A DNA stretch of 64,000 bases from an uncultured Bdellovibrionales bacterium (GCA_937927435.1 CALBDW010000018.1:484-64483), one strand, 5' to 3'. Positions 48,432 through 57,980 are shown, counted from the stretch's first letter. Made by a program: numbers and translations. The notes: generated by a model from the sequence alone, not told the origin.

Positions 48432-49148
48432 ATGAATCTCAATCGCTTCAAATCCATCGTCATTTTAACAGGCGCTGGCGTCTCGGCTGAGTCGGGAATA
48501 CGCACTTTCAGGGACGCGAACGGTCTCTGGGAAAACCATCGAATCGAAGATGTCGCGACTCCGGAGGCCTTCGCACGCAATCCCGGTCTTGTGCACGAAT
48601 TCTACAACCAAAGGCGACGCCAACTGCACGACCCCATGGTGCGCCCTAATGGTGCGCATCTCGCCCTCGCCAAGCTTGAAGAGGAATGGGAAGGAGATTT
48701 CCTTCTCGTTACGCAAAACGTGGACGATCTTCACGAGCGGGCCGGTTCGAGGCGCATCCTCCACATGCATGGCTCCCTCATTCACGCCCTCTGCCTCTCA
48801 TGCTCGGAACGTTTCGAGTGGCGAACAGACTTAAGCGTTCACGAGGCCTGCCCCAAATGCCAAGCCACGGGAAAACTGCGTCCTGACATCGTTTGGTTCG
48901 GCGAAATGCCGTACCATATGGACCCGATTCTCGACGCCCTTAACAGATGCGAACTTTTCGTTTCAATCGGCACAAGCGGCGTCGTGTATCCCGCCGCAGG
49001 TTTCGCCCGCGAGGCCTGGAATGCGAAACGCGTTGAAATCAACCTGCAGGAAACGGATATTTCGCTCCTATTCCATGAACGGCGAATCGGCCCCGCAGGC
49101 GTCGAAGTGCCGAAGTTCGTGGACGAACTCTTACTCCATCGGTCTTAG
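48432..49148 (+). CDS. cobB: NAD-dependent protein deacylase (class III sirtuin, CobB)
   Basis: Start moved to ATG 48432. Carries ILTGAGVSAESGIRTFRDANGLWE, LVTQNVDDLHERAG, the Zn ribbon CLSC...CPKC, and RPDIVWFGE. It is near-collinear with E. coli CobB as I remember it. Confidence 0.9.
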   Translation: MNLNRFKSIVILTGAGVSAESGIRTFRDANGLWENHRIEDVATPEAFARNPGLVHEFYNQRRRQLHDPMVRPNGAHLALAKLEEEWEGDFLLVTQNVDDLHERAGSRRILHMHGSLIHALCLSCSERFEWRTDLSVHEACPKCQATGKLRPDIVWFGEMPYHMDPILDALNRCELFVSIGTSGVVYPAAGFAREAWNAKRVEINLQETDISLLFHERRIGPAGVEVPKFVDELLLHRS

Positions 49149-49198
49149 CGAAATGAGTTTCGAGTAGTATTTTCAGAACACGAAGGGAGAACAACGGC

Positions 49199-49633
49199 AT
49201 GACATCGGCCGACCGGCAAAAGCGGTGGGAGCATTTTTCGCACGACGCTGACATCGGTGTGCGAGGCATCGGACCAACAATGAAGGACGCTTTTGAAATG
49301 GCGGCGACCGCTCTCACAGCCGTGATCACGAATCCGCAAAGCGTTCGCCCGCAAACGGCCATTTCCATCGCCTGCAGCGCACCTGACCGGGATTTCCTCC
49401 TTTACGAATGGCTCAACCACATCATTTACGAACTCGACACGCGTCGGATGCTTTTTTCGAAATTCGAAATCGAATCCATTTCTGAAACGACACTTCAAGC
49501 GACCATTTATGGAGAAACCGTGGATCTTTCGCATCATAAGCCCGCCGTCGACGTAAAAGGAGCGACGATGACGGAACTTAAGGTTAGCGAAGAGAACGGG
49601 CATTGGCTTGCCCAATGTGTGGTCGACGTTTAA
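49199..49633 (+). CDS. archease (RtcB activator/chaperone)
   Basis: 144 aa. The N-terminal WEHFSHDADIGVRGIGPTMKDAFEMAATAL and C-terminal VKGATMTEL blocks are typical of archease. It lies directly upstream of rtcB. Confidence 0.85.
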   Translation: MTSADRQKRWEHFSHDADIGVRGIGPTMKDAFEMAATALTAVITNPQSVRPQTAISIACSAPDRDFLLYEWLNHIIYELDTRRMLFSKFEIESISETTLQATIYGETVDLSHHKPAVDVKGATMTELKVSEENGHWLAQCVVDV

Positions 49634-49644
49634 AGATAGCAGAC

Positions 49645-51075
49645 ATGGACCTCAAACTTCTGCGCAGACGAAACGAATTCGAGTGGGAAATATCCCCGCA
49701 CGGCAAGATGCGTGTTCCGGCGGTTATATACGCCTCGGAAGACCTGATTCGCGCGATGGACGAAAAAGTCTACGAACAAATCTGCAACGTGGCCACTTTA
49801 CCTGGCGTGGTTAAAGAAGTCTACGCGATGCCGGACGCGCATTGGGGCTACGGCTTCCCGATCGGCGGTGTCGCCGCCTTCGATCCCGACGAAGGCGGGG
49901 TGGTCTCTGCGGGCGGCGTCGGGTTCGACATTTCTTGCGGTGTCCGCCTTCTTCGGACAGGTCTGCGCGCGAGCGAACTCCATAAGGTCAGAGAAGATTT
50001 GGCTGAAGCTCTCTTTAGAAACATTCCCGCGGGCGTCGGCAGTAAAAGCCACATCAGGTTATCAGGCGAAGAACTCGATAATGTCCTTCTTGGTGGCGCA
50101 CGTTGGGCGGTTTCGCGTGGCTACGGTTTTCCGGAGGATCTCAACTTCATCGAAGAAAACGGCCAAGTGAAGGGAGCGCGGCCCGAAGAGGTCTCGCCTC
50201 GTGCGAAAGAACGGCAACGCCCCGAAATGGGCACGCTTGGATCGGGAAACCATTACCTCGAAGTCCAAGATGTCGCCGAGCTCTTCGATGAAGAAGCTGC
50301 CCGCACTCTCGGCCTCAAAAAGAACGAGGTCGTCATTAGCATCCATTGCGGCTCGCGCGGCCTCGGACATCAAATCGGCACCGACTTCCTCAAAGAAATG
50401 GCGTTAGCCGCTTCCCGTGCCGGACTCGAACTCCCGGACAAGGAACTCGCTTGTGCGCCGATCAACTCCCCAGTCGGCCAGTCATATTTGGGGGCGATGC
50501 GGGCGGCGATCAATTGTGCGCTCGCCAACCGCCAGATGATCACTCACTTCACGAGACAGGTCTTCAAAGAGTTCTTCCCGGGCACGAAACTTGAACTTGT
50601 TTACGACGTCTCCCACAACACTTGTAAGGAGGAGTGGCACAACGTCGAAGGCAGGCGCCGAAAACTTTTCGTTCACCGTAAAGGAGCGACCCGTGCTTTC
50701 GGTCCGGGTCACTGCGAACTCCCCTATGAGTTGCAAAAAATCGGGCAACCGGTTTTCATCGGCGGCAGCATGGGAACCGGCTCCTACGTCCTCGTCGGAA
50801 TGAAAACCTCCGAAGAAAGATCGTTCAACTCCGCTTGCCACGGAGCCGGTCGTGCCATGAGCCGGACTCAAGCCATCCGCAAATTCCAGGGCAATAAAAT
50901 TGTGCACGATCTCAAAGCTCGGGGTATTTTGATTAGGAGCCCGTCATTCCGCGGAGTTGCCGAAGAAGCGCCAGACGCCTACAAGAACGTCGATACCGTT
51001 GTCGATTCGGCGGAGCGTGCGGGCCTCGCGAAGAAGGTAGCGAAGCTCACACCTCTGATCTGCATCAAGGGGTGA
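49645..51075 (+). CDS. rtcB: RNA-splicing ligase RtcB (3'-phosphate/5'-hydroxyl RNA ligase)
   Basis: Start moved to ATG 49645. Metal and GMP-binding motifs present: PDAHWGYGFPIGG, GSGNHYLEVQ, HCGSRGLGHQ, and HGAGR with the catalytic His. Confidence 0.95.
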   Translation: MDLKLLRRRNEFEWEISPHGKMRVPAVIYASEDLIRAMDEKVYEQICNVATLPGVVKEVYAMPDAHWGYGFPIGGVAAFDPDEGGVVSAGGVGFDISCGVRLLRTGLRASELHKVREDLAEALFRNIPAGVGSKSHIRLSGEELDNVLLGGARWAVSRGYGFPEDLNFIEENGQVKGARPEEVSPRAKERQRPEMGTLGSGNHYLEVQDVAELFDEEAARTLGLKKNEVVISIHCGSRGLGHQIGTDFLKEMALAASRAGLELPDKELACAPINSPVGQSYLGAMRAAINCALANRQMITHFTRQVFKEFFPGTKLELVYDVSHNTCKEEWHNVEGRRRKLFVHRKGATRAFGPGHCELPYELQKIGQPVFIGGSMGTGSYVLVGMKTSEERSFNSACHGAGRAMSRTQAIRKFQGNKIVHDLKARGILIRSPSFRGVAEEAPDAYKNVDTVVDSAERAGLAKKVAKLTPLICIKG

Positions 51076-51090
51076 ACTCTCTATTGCTGC

Positions 51091-51636
51091 TTACGGCTTC
51101 CAAATGCCGCCGTCAAAAAATGGTTGATAATAACCCGTCATAACATTAAAGGGCATCCTTATGCCACCAAAAATGATCATGAAATCTCCTGCCCCAATGG
51201 CGATATGTCCAGCTCGCGGGCCTGGTGCACCCTCCGTCGTGAGGGCACTCCACGAGTCCGTTACCGGATCGTAAATGGCGCCCGATTTAAACATCAACAA
51301 TTCGGCATTAACGTCATCATATGCCCCTCCGCCCCAAATCACGACCTTTCCGTTCACGCTCGCCGCGGAGTGACCAGTCCTAGCTTCGGGGGCGTTCGTC
51401 GTCGTCATCGGTGCCCACGCCTTTGTCTGCAGGTTGAAGCGAGCCCCGGTATTAACCGGGTTACCCGTGCCCGAATCAATTCCTCCCCAAATGACCAAAT
51501 GAGTTCCCGTCCACGTCGCCGAATAACTGCGCCGACCGCTCAAGGACGGATCTCCTGAAATCAACTCCCATGCATCCGCGGAGGGATCGTAAACCCCGCC
51601 GTTATTTAAAAAACCTCCGTTTTCATCATGCCCCCC
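51091..51636 (-). CDS. Kelch-repeat protein, C-terminal fragment (frame broken from the upstream fragment inside a G9 tract)
   Basis: The frame reads ...GGGHDENGGFLNNGGVYDPSADAWELI...LVIWGGID...VVIWGGGA...MIIFGGIR..., which is 3-4 further Kelch blades. The first 73 aa of the 251-aa track ORF are out-of-frame overlap with the upstream fragment. Confidence 0.7.
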   Translation of the reverse strand, partial: GGHDENGGFLNNGGVYDPSADAWELISGDPSLSGRRSYSATWTGTHLVIWGGIDSGTGNPVNTGARFNLQTKAWAPMTTTNAPEARTGHSAASVNGKVVIWGGGAYDDVNAELLMFKSGAIYDPVTDSWSALTTEGAPGPRAGHIAIGAGDFMIIFGGIRMPFNVMTGYYQPFFDGGIWKP

Positions 51637-53530
51637 CCCACACGATGACTTTCGATCCGGTCCAAAAAGCTTGCGCTCCATACCGAGCGGAAGGCGCCCC
51701 TGAGTTTGAAATCGACGTCCATGAATTCGTGGCCAAGTTATAAAGAGCTCCGCTCGACAAAACGCCATCGCCGTCTTTCCCGCCCCACACAAACATTTTG
51801 TCACCCATCCAAACGGCGGCGTGCTGACTTCTCGCTGAGGGCGCATTCGTCACACTCATACTCGCCCATGAATCACTGGCGACGTCATAAACGCCACCGG
51901 TGTTAAAATACTGAGCCTCTTCATCGGAGCCTAGCGTGTATTTCGCCCCCCCCCACACGAGCACTTTTGACCCAGTGGAAGTCAAGGAGTGCTGCCCCCG
52001 TGCCTCAGGAGCGCCAACCGTGGACATATGGCTCCACAAGCCAGTGTCGGGATTAAAACGATCACCCCAATTGACCGCCCCAAACAAACCAAATCCACCC
52101 CATGTAATTAAGTGTGACCCAGCCCACACTCCTTTCAGTTCCGGCTCCGAGCTCGTAATCAATAAATCATCGTGAAACCTGAGATCTGGTCGTGGATCGG
52201 GCAGTCCCCAAGCGAACGAAGCGAAACTCTGCCACGTATTGGTGGAAAGGTCGTAAATGGCGGCATATCTCGACATGTACGTCCACACCAAAAGCTTCGA
52301 ACCGTTAAATGCCGTCACGGGAGCGAGCCCGGCTAATAACGACGACATGACGTCCTCAGTATCAATGGATTCATAAAGGTATTCATAAAGACGCCGAATA
52401 TCATTCGGCAAGGGAGCCATGTCACTCCAGGTATCCGTTGCCGGATCATAGAGCTTCCCTTCAAGGAAGGCCCAGACGAGCATTTTCGAACCAGTCCAAT
52501 ACGCAACATGGCGACTTGTCGGCTCGGGAGCTCCAACTTCCGAAATCGGACTCCATGTATCTGTGCTAGGATTGTATCGAGCTCCCGTGGCAATGGCGTT
52601 GAAGTCAGACCCTGTTCCTCCCCACACGATCATTTCTTGGCCCGTCCAAATCGCTGTATGGCCATATCGCCCTTGTGGAGCTCCAACTGTCGACATCGCC
52701 TGCCATGTATTGGTCGCGGGATTATAACGCCCCCCTGTGTTCGGAAAACTCCATCCCGCCCCCACACCTCCCCAGACGATCATCTCTTGCCCCGTCCAGA
52801 CAGCCTGATGCCCGGTGCGATTTGATGGCGCGTTTGTCGTGCTGATCACATGCCATTGATTGGTATTGGGGTCATAGCGCCCCCCACTACTATAGGGCGC
52901 ACCACTGTCTATTCCTTTACCCCCCCAATAAATAAGCTCAGTTCCAGTCGACACCACGGAGTACCCAACAACTCTCACAGGTTCGCCGGGCGCATTGATC
53001 GCCGTCCAAGTTCCGTTCGTAAGATCGTAAACAAAACCATGATCGTTACTCGTTATCCCCCTAAAAACCAGCTTCGATCCGATCTTCGCCGACTGAGATT
53101 CGAACGTGTGGCCCTGCATAACGATGGATAATGTCTCAACCAACCATCGGAAACCATCGTAGCGCTCCCAATAGCCATAATTCGGATTAGAAACAGAATT
53201 CGACACGCTGGTCATCGTATTGAATACCTTTATTCGGGTGCCACTTGAAGTAGAACCGCCTTCGGGACCATCGACGCCGCTTATGACGAAAACGATTTCC
53301 TCATCCGTCCAGTAAGCCTGTTGGAGTCCTCCACCAAGACCGATGTACAGGCCAAGCATGTCAGTCAGGTAATCGATCGCTTCGCCTGGTATCGAGGTCC
53401 ATGAACCCAGACCAGCCGTGGCCGATGACTTCTTTTTCCAGAATGCTCCTAAGTTGAAACCCGTTGCGAGCGCAGAAAGAGGGATAGCGGTGACAATAAC
53501 CAGTGTGATAGCAAGGCAGGTTTGAATCAT
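51626..53530 (-). CDS. secreted Kelch-repeat beta-propeller protein, N-terminal fragment
   Basis: Start moved to ATG 53530 (signal peptide MIQTCLAITLVIVTAIPLSALA). At least 9 blades carry the xxVWGG...YxPxTxxW pattern (LIYWGGKG, MIVWGGVG, MIVWGGTG, LITWGGFG, VLVWGGAK, MFVWGGKD, VIVWGGA-stop). It starts 29 nt after the fibre A stop. Confidence 0.75.
   Translation of the reverse strand: MIQTCLAITLVIVTAIPLSALATGFNLGAFWKKKSSATAGLGSWTSIPGEAIDYLTDMLGLYIGLGGGLQQAYWTDEEIVFVISGVDGPEGGSTSSGTRIKVFNTMTSVSNSVSNPNYGYWERYDGFRWLVETLSIVMQGHTFESQSAKIGSKLVFRGITSNDHGFVYDLTNGTWTAINAPGEPVRVVGYSVVSTGTELIYWGGKGIDSGAPYSSGGRYDPNTNQWHVISTTNAPSNRTGHQAVWTGQEMIVWGGVGAGWSFPNTGGRYNPATNTWQAMSTVGAPQGRYGHTAIWTGQEMIVWGGTGSDFNAIATGARYNPSTDTWSPISEVGAPEPTSRHVAYWTGSKMLVWAFLEGKLYDPATDTWSDMAPLPNDIRRLYEYLYESIDTEDVMSSLLAGLAPVTAFNGSKLLVWTYMSRYAAIYDLSTNTWQSFASFAWGLPDPRPDLRFHDDLLITSSEPELKGVWAGSHLITWGGFGLFGAVNWGDRFNPDTGLWSHMSTVGAPEARGQHSLTSTGSKVLVWGGAKYTLGSDEEAQYFNTGGVYDVASDSWASMSVTNAPSARSQHAAVWMGDKMFVWGGKDGDGVLSSGALYNLATNSWTSISNSGAPSARYGAQAFWTGSKVIVWGGA
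51631..51639 (-). repeat. homopolymer G9 (C9 on plus strand) at the Kelch frame break
   Basis: Coding strand GTG TGG GGG GGG GCA TGA. A length of 8 or 11 would fuse the two Kelch ORFs. Confidence 0.9.
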
Positions 53531-53559
53531 TCTTTTCAACAACTCAAACCCCACAACGT

Positions 53560-55305
53560 TTAATATCCTGTGATCCACGAAGCGTAGACGTGCGTTCCTA
53601 TAACTATGAACGTGTAGATCGTATGCTTGCCCGCCTCGGTCGCTTCATGATCCGGAGGTAGGTGAAAAGTGAGCGCCGTGCTTCCGCTGTCCGAATAGGC
53701 GGCAAACGAACAGGTCGCGCTCGTTGTGTTTTGAACGGCAAATGTATAGGAGCCTCCATCCTTCATGTTCCACAACGTGAAGCTCTGACACGGAAGCGAA
53801 GTGTACTGGAGGTTGCCCGTCGCAAAGTCGATCGTCGCAGTGGCGTTCGGTGTCGCAGGCCTACCAGCAAAGGCGCCGCTAACATCGAGAGCGACTCGCG
53901 GAGAACCCGTTCCGATCCCCACCTTGCTTCCTGTCGCCACAAGCTGAGTATTCCCCACCACAAGTCCATCCGGAGGCAAGGTCAACGTGCCCGTCATCGT
54001 GTCACCTGACTTGGACACTTTCTTACCGTCGTCGATGTCTTCACAAACCCAAGAGGTCCCGTTCCAGCGCATCAACTTTCCTGAAGCGCACACACTGGAC
54101 GGGAATCTCGAGTCATTACCCGCGGCCACAGTTCCCGCCGTGGTACCGACATTCAAGGTCAAAGACGGCGTCGTCGTCCCGTTCGTGACGGTAATATAGG
54201 AGTTCGATGACGAAACACTCGTGACGGTTCCATTGACCGTGCTTGAAAGCGTCCCACCTGCAAGCACAAGTCCCGTTCCGACCGTGATTTCTTGAACTGC
54301 ACCAAAACCGCCATCGGAGCGACCGAGAAGCTTGCCACTATCGATGCTTTGAATCTTCGAGAACGTGACAGCACCGTTATCAATGGTCCAAGTCGAACCC
54401 GAACCCGCCACGGTGATATCGCCCTTATCACCGTCGGCCGGGGCCGAAGACGGTGTCGCCCATGTTCCGTCACCCCTTAAGAAAGTCGAGGCACTCGGAG
54501 TTCCCGAACCGAGACGCTCAAGCGGCACCGTACCGCTCGAAAGCGCGCTCGCGCTCAAGTTTGTAAGCCCCGCGCCCGAACCAGCGAACGCAGTCGCCGT
54601 CACGGTGCCGTTCACATCAAGCGCAGTCGATGGATTCGTTTTTCCGATACCGACCTCACCCGTTGACATGATCGTCATCCGAGCGACGTTGTTGGTTTCC
54701 AAAGTCAGATCACTGGTCGTATTGGTTCCGACCGTCACGGCTCCGCTATTTCCGTTGTTGACGATCACGTCCGGAGCTCCCGAGATCTTCGACCAAGAGA
54801 TATTAGGAAGATCCGCTTCCATAAGAGCGCGAAAACCAGGCTCACCGTTACCTGAAGTCGGAGCCGCAAATACATGGTTCTGCGTTTGTGAGCCGAAGTT
54901 CGCACCACTTACACTCAGAGAATCGCTGATCCAGCTCGTTCCATTGCTTTGAAGCACATAACCGCTCGGTCCTGGATTCACATGGGCCATCGCCTGGATC
55001 GCCTCTCTCGCGGCCGCTTCGTCAGAAGCCGTCACTACAGAATTGCCGACACTCGTGAAGCCCAGATTCGTACGAGCTGCCGCCGGATTCACAAGGCCCG
55101 AAAGGTTGTCCGATTTCTTCAGATAATCGCTGGCATTTTCGGTCGCCATGGTACCAAGACCAGTGACTTGTGCCGCACTGATCTCAATATTCGCGCATTC
55201 AAACGTATCGGTGAGTGACGACCATTTAATCGTTTGCCCTGAGCCGCATGAGCCAACGTTGAACGCCGAAGCTCCAACGCCGTTCTTTATATCGGCAAAG
55301 GTGTA
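53560..55305 (-). CDS. phage-tail-fibre-like secreted fibre protein A, stem and tip part (track ORF 53560-55149; coding signal continues 52 codons upstream without a start codon)
   Basis: Motifs present: AAARTNLG, EVGIGKTNPSTALDVNG, LERLGSGTPSASTFLRGDGTWATP, KVGIGTGSPRVALDVSG. A distinct roughly 100-aa C-terminal tip ends HVYASWITGY. The upstream extension YTFADIKNGVGASAFNVGSCGSGQTIKWSSLTDTFECANIEI parallels CTSGQTLVWESLTDAMKCANVAV of fibre B. Confidence 0.75.
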   Translation of the reverse strand, partial: YTFADIKNGVGASAFNVGSCGSGQTIKWSSLTDTFECANIEISAAQVTGLGTMATENASDYLKKSDNLSGLVNPAAARTNLGFTSVGNSVVTASDEAAAREAIQAMAHVNPGPSGYVLQSNGTSWISDSLSVSGANFGSQTQNHVFAAPTSGNGEPGFRALMEADLPNISWSKISGAPDVIVNNGNSGAVTVGTNTTSDLTLETNNVARMTIMSTGEVGIGKTNPSTALDVNGTVTATAFAGSGAGLTNLSASALSSGTVPLERLGSGTPSASTFLRGDGTWATPSSAPADGDKGDITVAGSGSTWTIDNGAVTFSKIQSIDSGKLLGRSDGGFGAVQEITVGTGLVLAGGTLSSTVNGTVTSVSSSNSYITVTNGTTTPSLTLNVGTTAGTVAAGNDSRFPSSVCASGKLMRWNGTSWVCEDIDDGKKVSKSGDTMTGTLTLPPDGLVVGNTQLVATGSKVGIGTGSPRVALDVSGAFAGRPATPNATATIDFATGNLQYTSLPCQSFTLWNMKDGGSYTFAVQNTTSATCSFAAYSDSGSTALTFHLPPDHEATEAGKHTIYTFIVIGTHVYASWITGY

Positions 55306-55961
55306 CCGGGAGGCGGCGTTAACGGATCCCCACTCACGCCGGGAATCAGGACACCGCCCCCGCTGAAACTTTGCAAGTATCTCGTCGAAATCCCCTGCGC
55401 CAGCTTCTTCAACTCATCAGCTTCGCTTTGATCGAAGCTCGGAGCCTGGCCGTTTTCGTCATCAATTCTCAAAAGTTGTTTCGCCTTAAACCCACCGACC
55501 GATTGCGCTTCGATCGCAAGCGGCACGTAGTTAATCGATGTCTCGGGGACCTGTTCCCACGTGGAAGGGCTGGCTGTCAGATGACGAAACTGGACATTCA
55601 AGCGACGTCCGTCCGTGAGGTCGGGCGTATAACTACAATTGACACCGGTCAACGTGCCGCGATTCTGAAAGACCTTTTCCAGCTCCACTCCCGTATCGCT
55701 GCTTCCCCATTCATCATCGCCGATGGTGAGAGCGAAGGTGCCATTTGAAACCGTTTGAGAGCGAATCGCTTCGTACAAAAGGCAATTCTGATTCGCTGCC
55801 CAGATCTGAATTTTGAACTCAATCGGGCCCTCGAGCGGAGTTCCATCGTGTTTAAGAATGCGTCCGTGGTAAGTGAGAACCGTCGCGGCCGCTTTAGAAA
55901 CCGGCAGGAATATCAGAAAGGAGATGAATAAGAAAACTCTGATTGCGCCCTCAACTGCCAT
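55287..55961 (-). CDS. fibre protein A, N-terminal signal peptide plus conserved N-domain fragment
   Basis: Start moved to ATG 55961 (signal peptide MAVEGAIRVFLFISFLIFLPVSKAAA). The domain is paralogous to the N-terminus of fibre B (YHGRILKHDGTPLEGPIEFKIQIW..NCLLYEA versus LDGRLTLVESEEPLLDPNVRLLIQIL..QCVLYEE). It ends at TAA 55289-55287, while the -1 frame continues into the stem ORF. Confidence 0.7.
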   Translation of the reverse strand: MAVEGAIRVFLFISFLIFLPVSKAAATVLTYHGRILKHDGTPLEGPIEFKIQIWAANQNCLLYEAIRSQTVSNGTFALTIGDDEWGSSDTGVELEKVFQNRGTLTGVNCSYTPDLTDGRRLNVQFRHLTASPSTWEQVPETSINYVPLAIEAQSVGGFKAKQLLRIDDENGQAPSFDQSEADELKKLAQGISTRYLQSFSGGGVLIPGVSGDPLTPPPGTPLPI

Positions 55962-56419
55962 CGCGCGTCTCCAACCGTGAAGTGGTCTATGGACTCTCAA
56001 CAAACGTTCCCCTTCCAAATGCGCGCCCGACCACGAGAATAAAGCAGCTGATCACGCGCAGAATCACTGATTAATTTATCGGACTTCAGTCCTTGCCACT
56101 TAATAACCCATCAAAAGAAATCATATGAAAAGTCCCAATCGGGATCTCTTTTGGGGACAGGAAAACGCGAAACGAGATTTACATCGAATGTCGTGACGCG
56201 ATCTCGTTTTGAGTCAGCTCACCTTGCGCTTTAAAGCGCCCCTCAAGGCATCACGTACGAGCGAGCTTCTCAAATGTGAAACCTAGAATGAAAAAATTTT
56301 TCTAAACAATTCATCTTTATCCGAACCTTCGGCTAAAATTATATCTATCACTTCCATCTGCGGCTTAAGGACGGCATATTGAAAAGTCATCTCTCTCGCT
56401 TGCGAAGGAGGTGGCATCT

Positions 56420-57106
56420 ATGGAATTCCGAGGGGAAGAACTCGCTTTCTACCAAAAAGCATTTGATGCCTATAACCAAGGCGACTGCGGCAAAGCGGTT
56501 GAATTAGCCAAGGACTTTCTCGCTCAGTTTCCTCAGAGCCCTCTCGCGCTATTCGCTCAGGCTGCAGCGCTCGGAGCTTACGCTCTTTCATCCGCCCTCT
56601 CGGCTGAAGAAAAAAAACAACTACTGGAGACAACCCAAAACGAAATCACGTCGCTCTTTAATCACCCCGACCTCGCTAAGTGGCCTCGCCAATTTCAAGC
56701 CGAGGTAAAAAACGAATATTACTGGCGTTCAGGCGCTCACATCGAACAATACCGTTTGGGGGTTGAGGAAGTCTCAAACAGCCGGCCAGGGCACTATTAC
56801 GCCTGTGTCGCGGCCTCTATACTCGCCTATGAACGACTGCCGAACTCCGTCGCCGACGCGGAAGATTGGGCAAGACGATCTTTATATCACTTTAAGGAGC
56901 TCGAAAAGACCAACACGCGCCGGTTTAGGATGTATGAGTTTGCCGCTCAAGCCTTGGCATGTCTCGGGAGATATGAGGAGGCGCTCGCTTGCTTGAAAAA
57001 CGACGCAAGCAGAACGAACGATGTCCTGCAAACAATCGAACAAATCAAGAAGCTTCGCGCGGAAAAAGATCGCGAGGCCAAGACTGCCGAAAGACCCTCG
57101 GCTTGA
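56420..57106 (+). CDS. hypothetical helical-repeat (TPR-like) protein
   Basis: Start moved to ATG 56420 (GAAGGAGG 9 nt upstream). The product is all-helical with TPR-like pairs (YQKAFDAYNQGDCGKAVELAKDFLAQFPQSPLALF). The family call is weak. Confidence 0.5.
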   Translation: MEFRGEELAFYQKAFDAYNQGDCGKAVELAKDFLAQFPQSPLALFAQAAALGAYALSSALSAEEKKQLLETTQNEITSLFNHPDLAKWPRQFQAEVKNEYYWRSGAHIEQYRLGVEEVSNSRPGHYYACVAASILAYERLPNSVADAEDWARRSLYHFKELEKTNTRRFRMYEFAAQALACLGRYEEALACLKNDASRTNDVLQTIEQIKKLRAEKDREAKTAERPSA

Positions 57107-57182
57107 CCGACCGGCGCGTGTTCGGGTTTCTGCGATAAAAATCGATTCCCAAAGTCCAAAACTCAGCTCATACTCGTTTTGT

Positions 57183-57980
57183 ATGGGCAGAATACTGGCA
57201 AGTTCGCTTCTCATTTCCCTTTTAACCGCCTGCACGACGGTCTCACTACAGTTTCCAAGCTCTCGGTTCGACTCACCGGAAACCCTAGGCAGCGGTGCAA
57301 ACCGCTTTCTGTTCGGTCTGGGGGTGGCCTCGACTCAAAACGTGATTTTTACGGACGACGCTTCTATCAGACCTCCGGACCTTTCGCGTCCACGAATCGA
57401 AACGAATAACCCCCTCGTCGGCCGTTTCGGCTGGGGCCTCTTTGAGAAATTCGACCTTGGCTTGAAGACATCGGTAGGCCCCGCGCCCGTGCGCTTAACG
57501 GGCAAGCTTCAACTCCTCGGAGACCCCCAAGGCAGGGCTAGAAGTGGAAACTTTTCCCTCGCGCTCTCAGGCGGAGTCGGATATGCGTCTCCCAAGTGGA
57601 GCGGAGACCACAACGGACTTCTCGGTCCAGCCGGTTACAGGTGGAACGCGAACGTGCAAGCACTGCTCTCGGAAGCCGCGCTGATTGCGGGCTACCGGCT
57701 CTTCGACCCCCTTCTGCTTTACGCCGGCGCCTTCTACGAAGATTACCGTGTCAACGGGCGAATCAAACATGAGAAATCCGATAACGGACTTTCACCTGAA
57801 GCGGAGTACGAATTCACCTACGACGGTTATCAAACCGGCGTCAACGCCGGCGTGCGTATCGGATTTGGCGCTCACCCGACCTACCTGATACTCGAAGGCG
57901 TTTACTCAAAAACCGCCCTGAGCCACGGCCTTGCGATGAAAGATACAGGTTTCGGAGCCGAGCTCGGTTTCGCTTTCTAA
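57183..57980 (+). CDS. outer-membrane beta-barrel lipoprotein
   Basis: Start moved to ATG 57183. Lipobox LLTAC. It shows beta-strand periodicity and ends AELGFAF. Confidence 0.6.
   Translation: MGRILASSLLISLLTACTTVSLQFPSSRFDSPETLGSGANRFLFGLGVASTQNVIFTDDASIRPPDLSRPRIETNNPLVGRFGWGLFEKFDLGLKTSVGPAPVRLTGKLQLLGDPQGRARSGNFSLALSGGVGYASPKWSGDHNGLLGPAGYRWNANVQALLSEAALIAGYRLFDPLLLYAGAFYEDYRVNGRIKHEKSDNGLSPEAEYEFTYDGYQTGVNAGVRIGFGAHPTYLILEGVYSKTALSHGLAMKDTGFGAELGFAF

Noticed and set aside
48432-49148. The Sir2-domain protein considered as a possible NAD-depleting defence effector (Thoeris or DSR-like).
   Set aside because: It is a 238-aa stand-alone class III sirtuin with an intact Zn ribbon, collinear with CobB. 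It has no fused sensor or TM domain and no defence-type neighbours.
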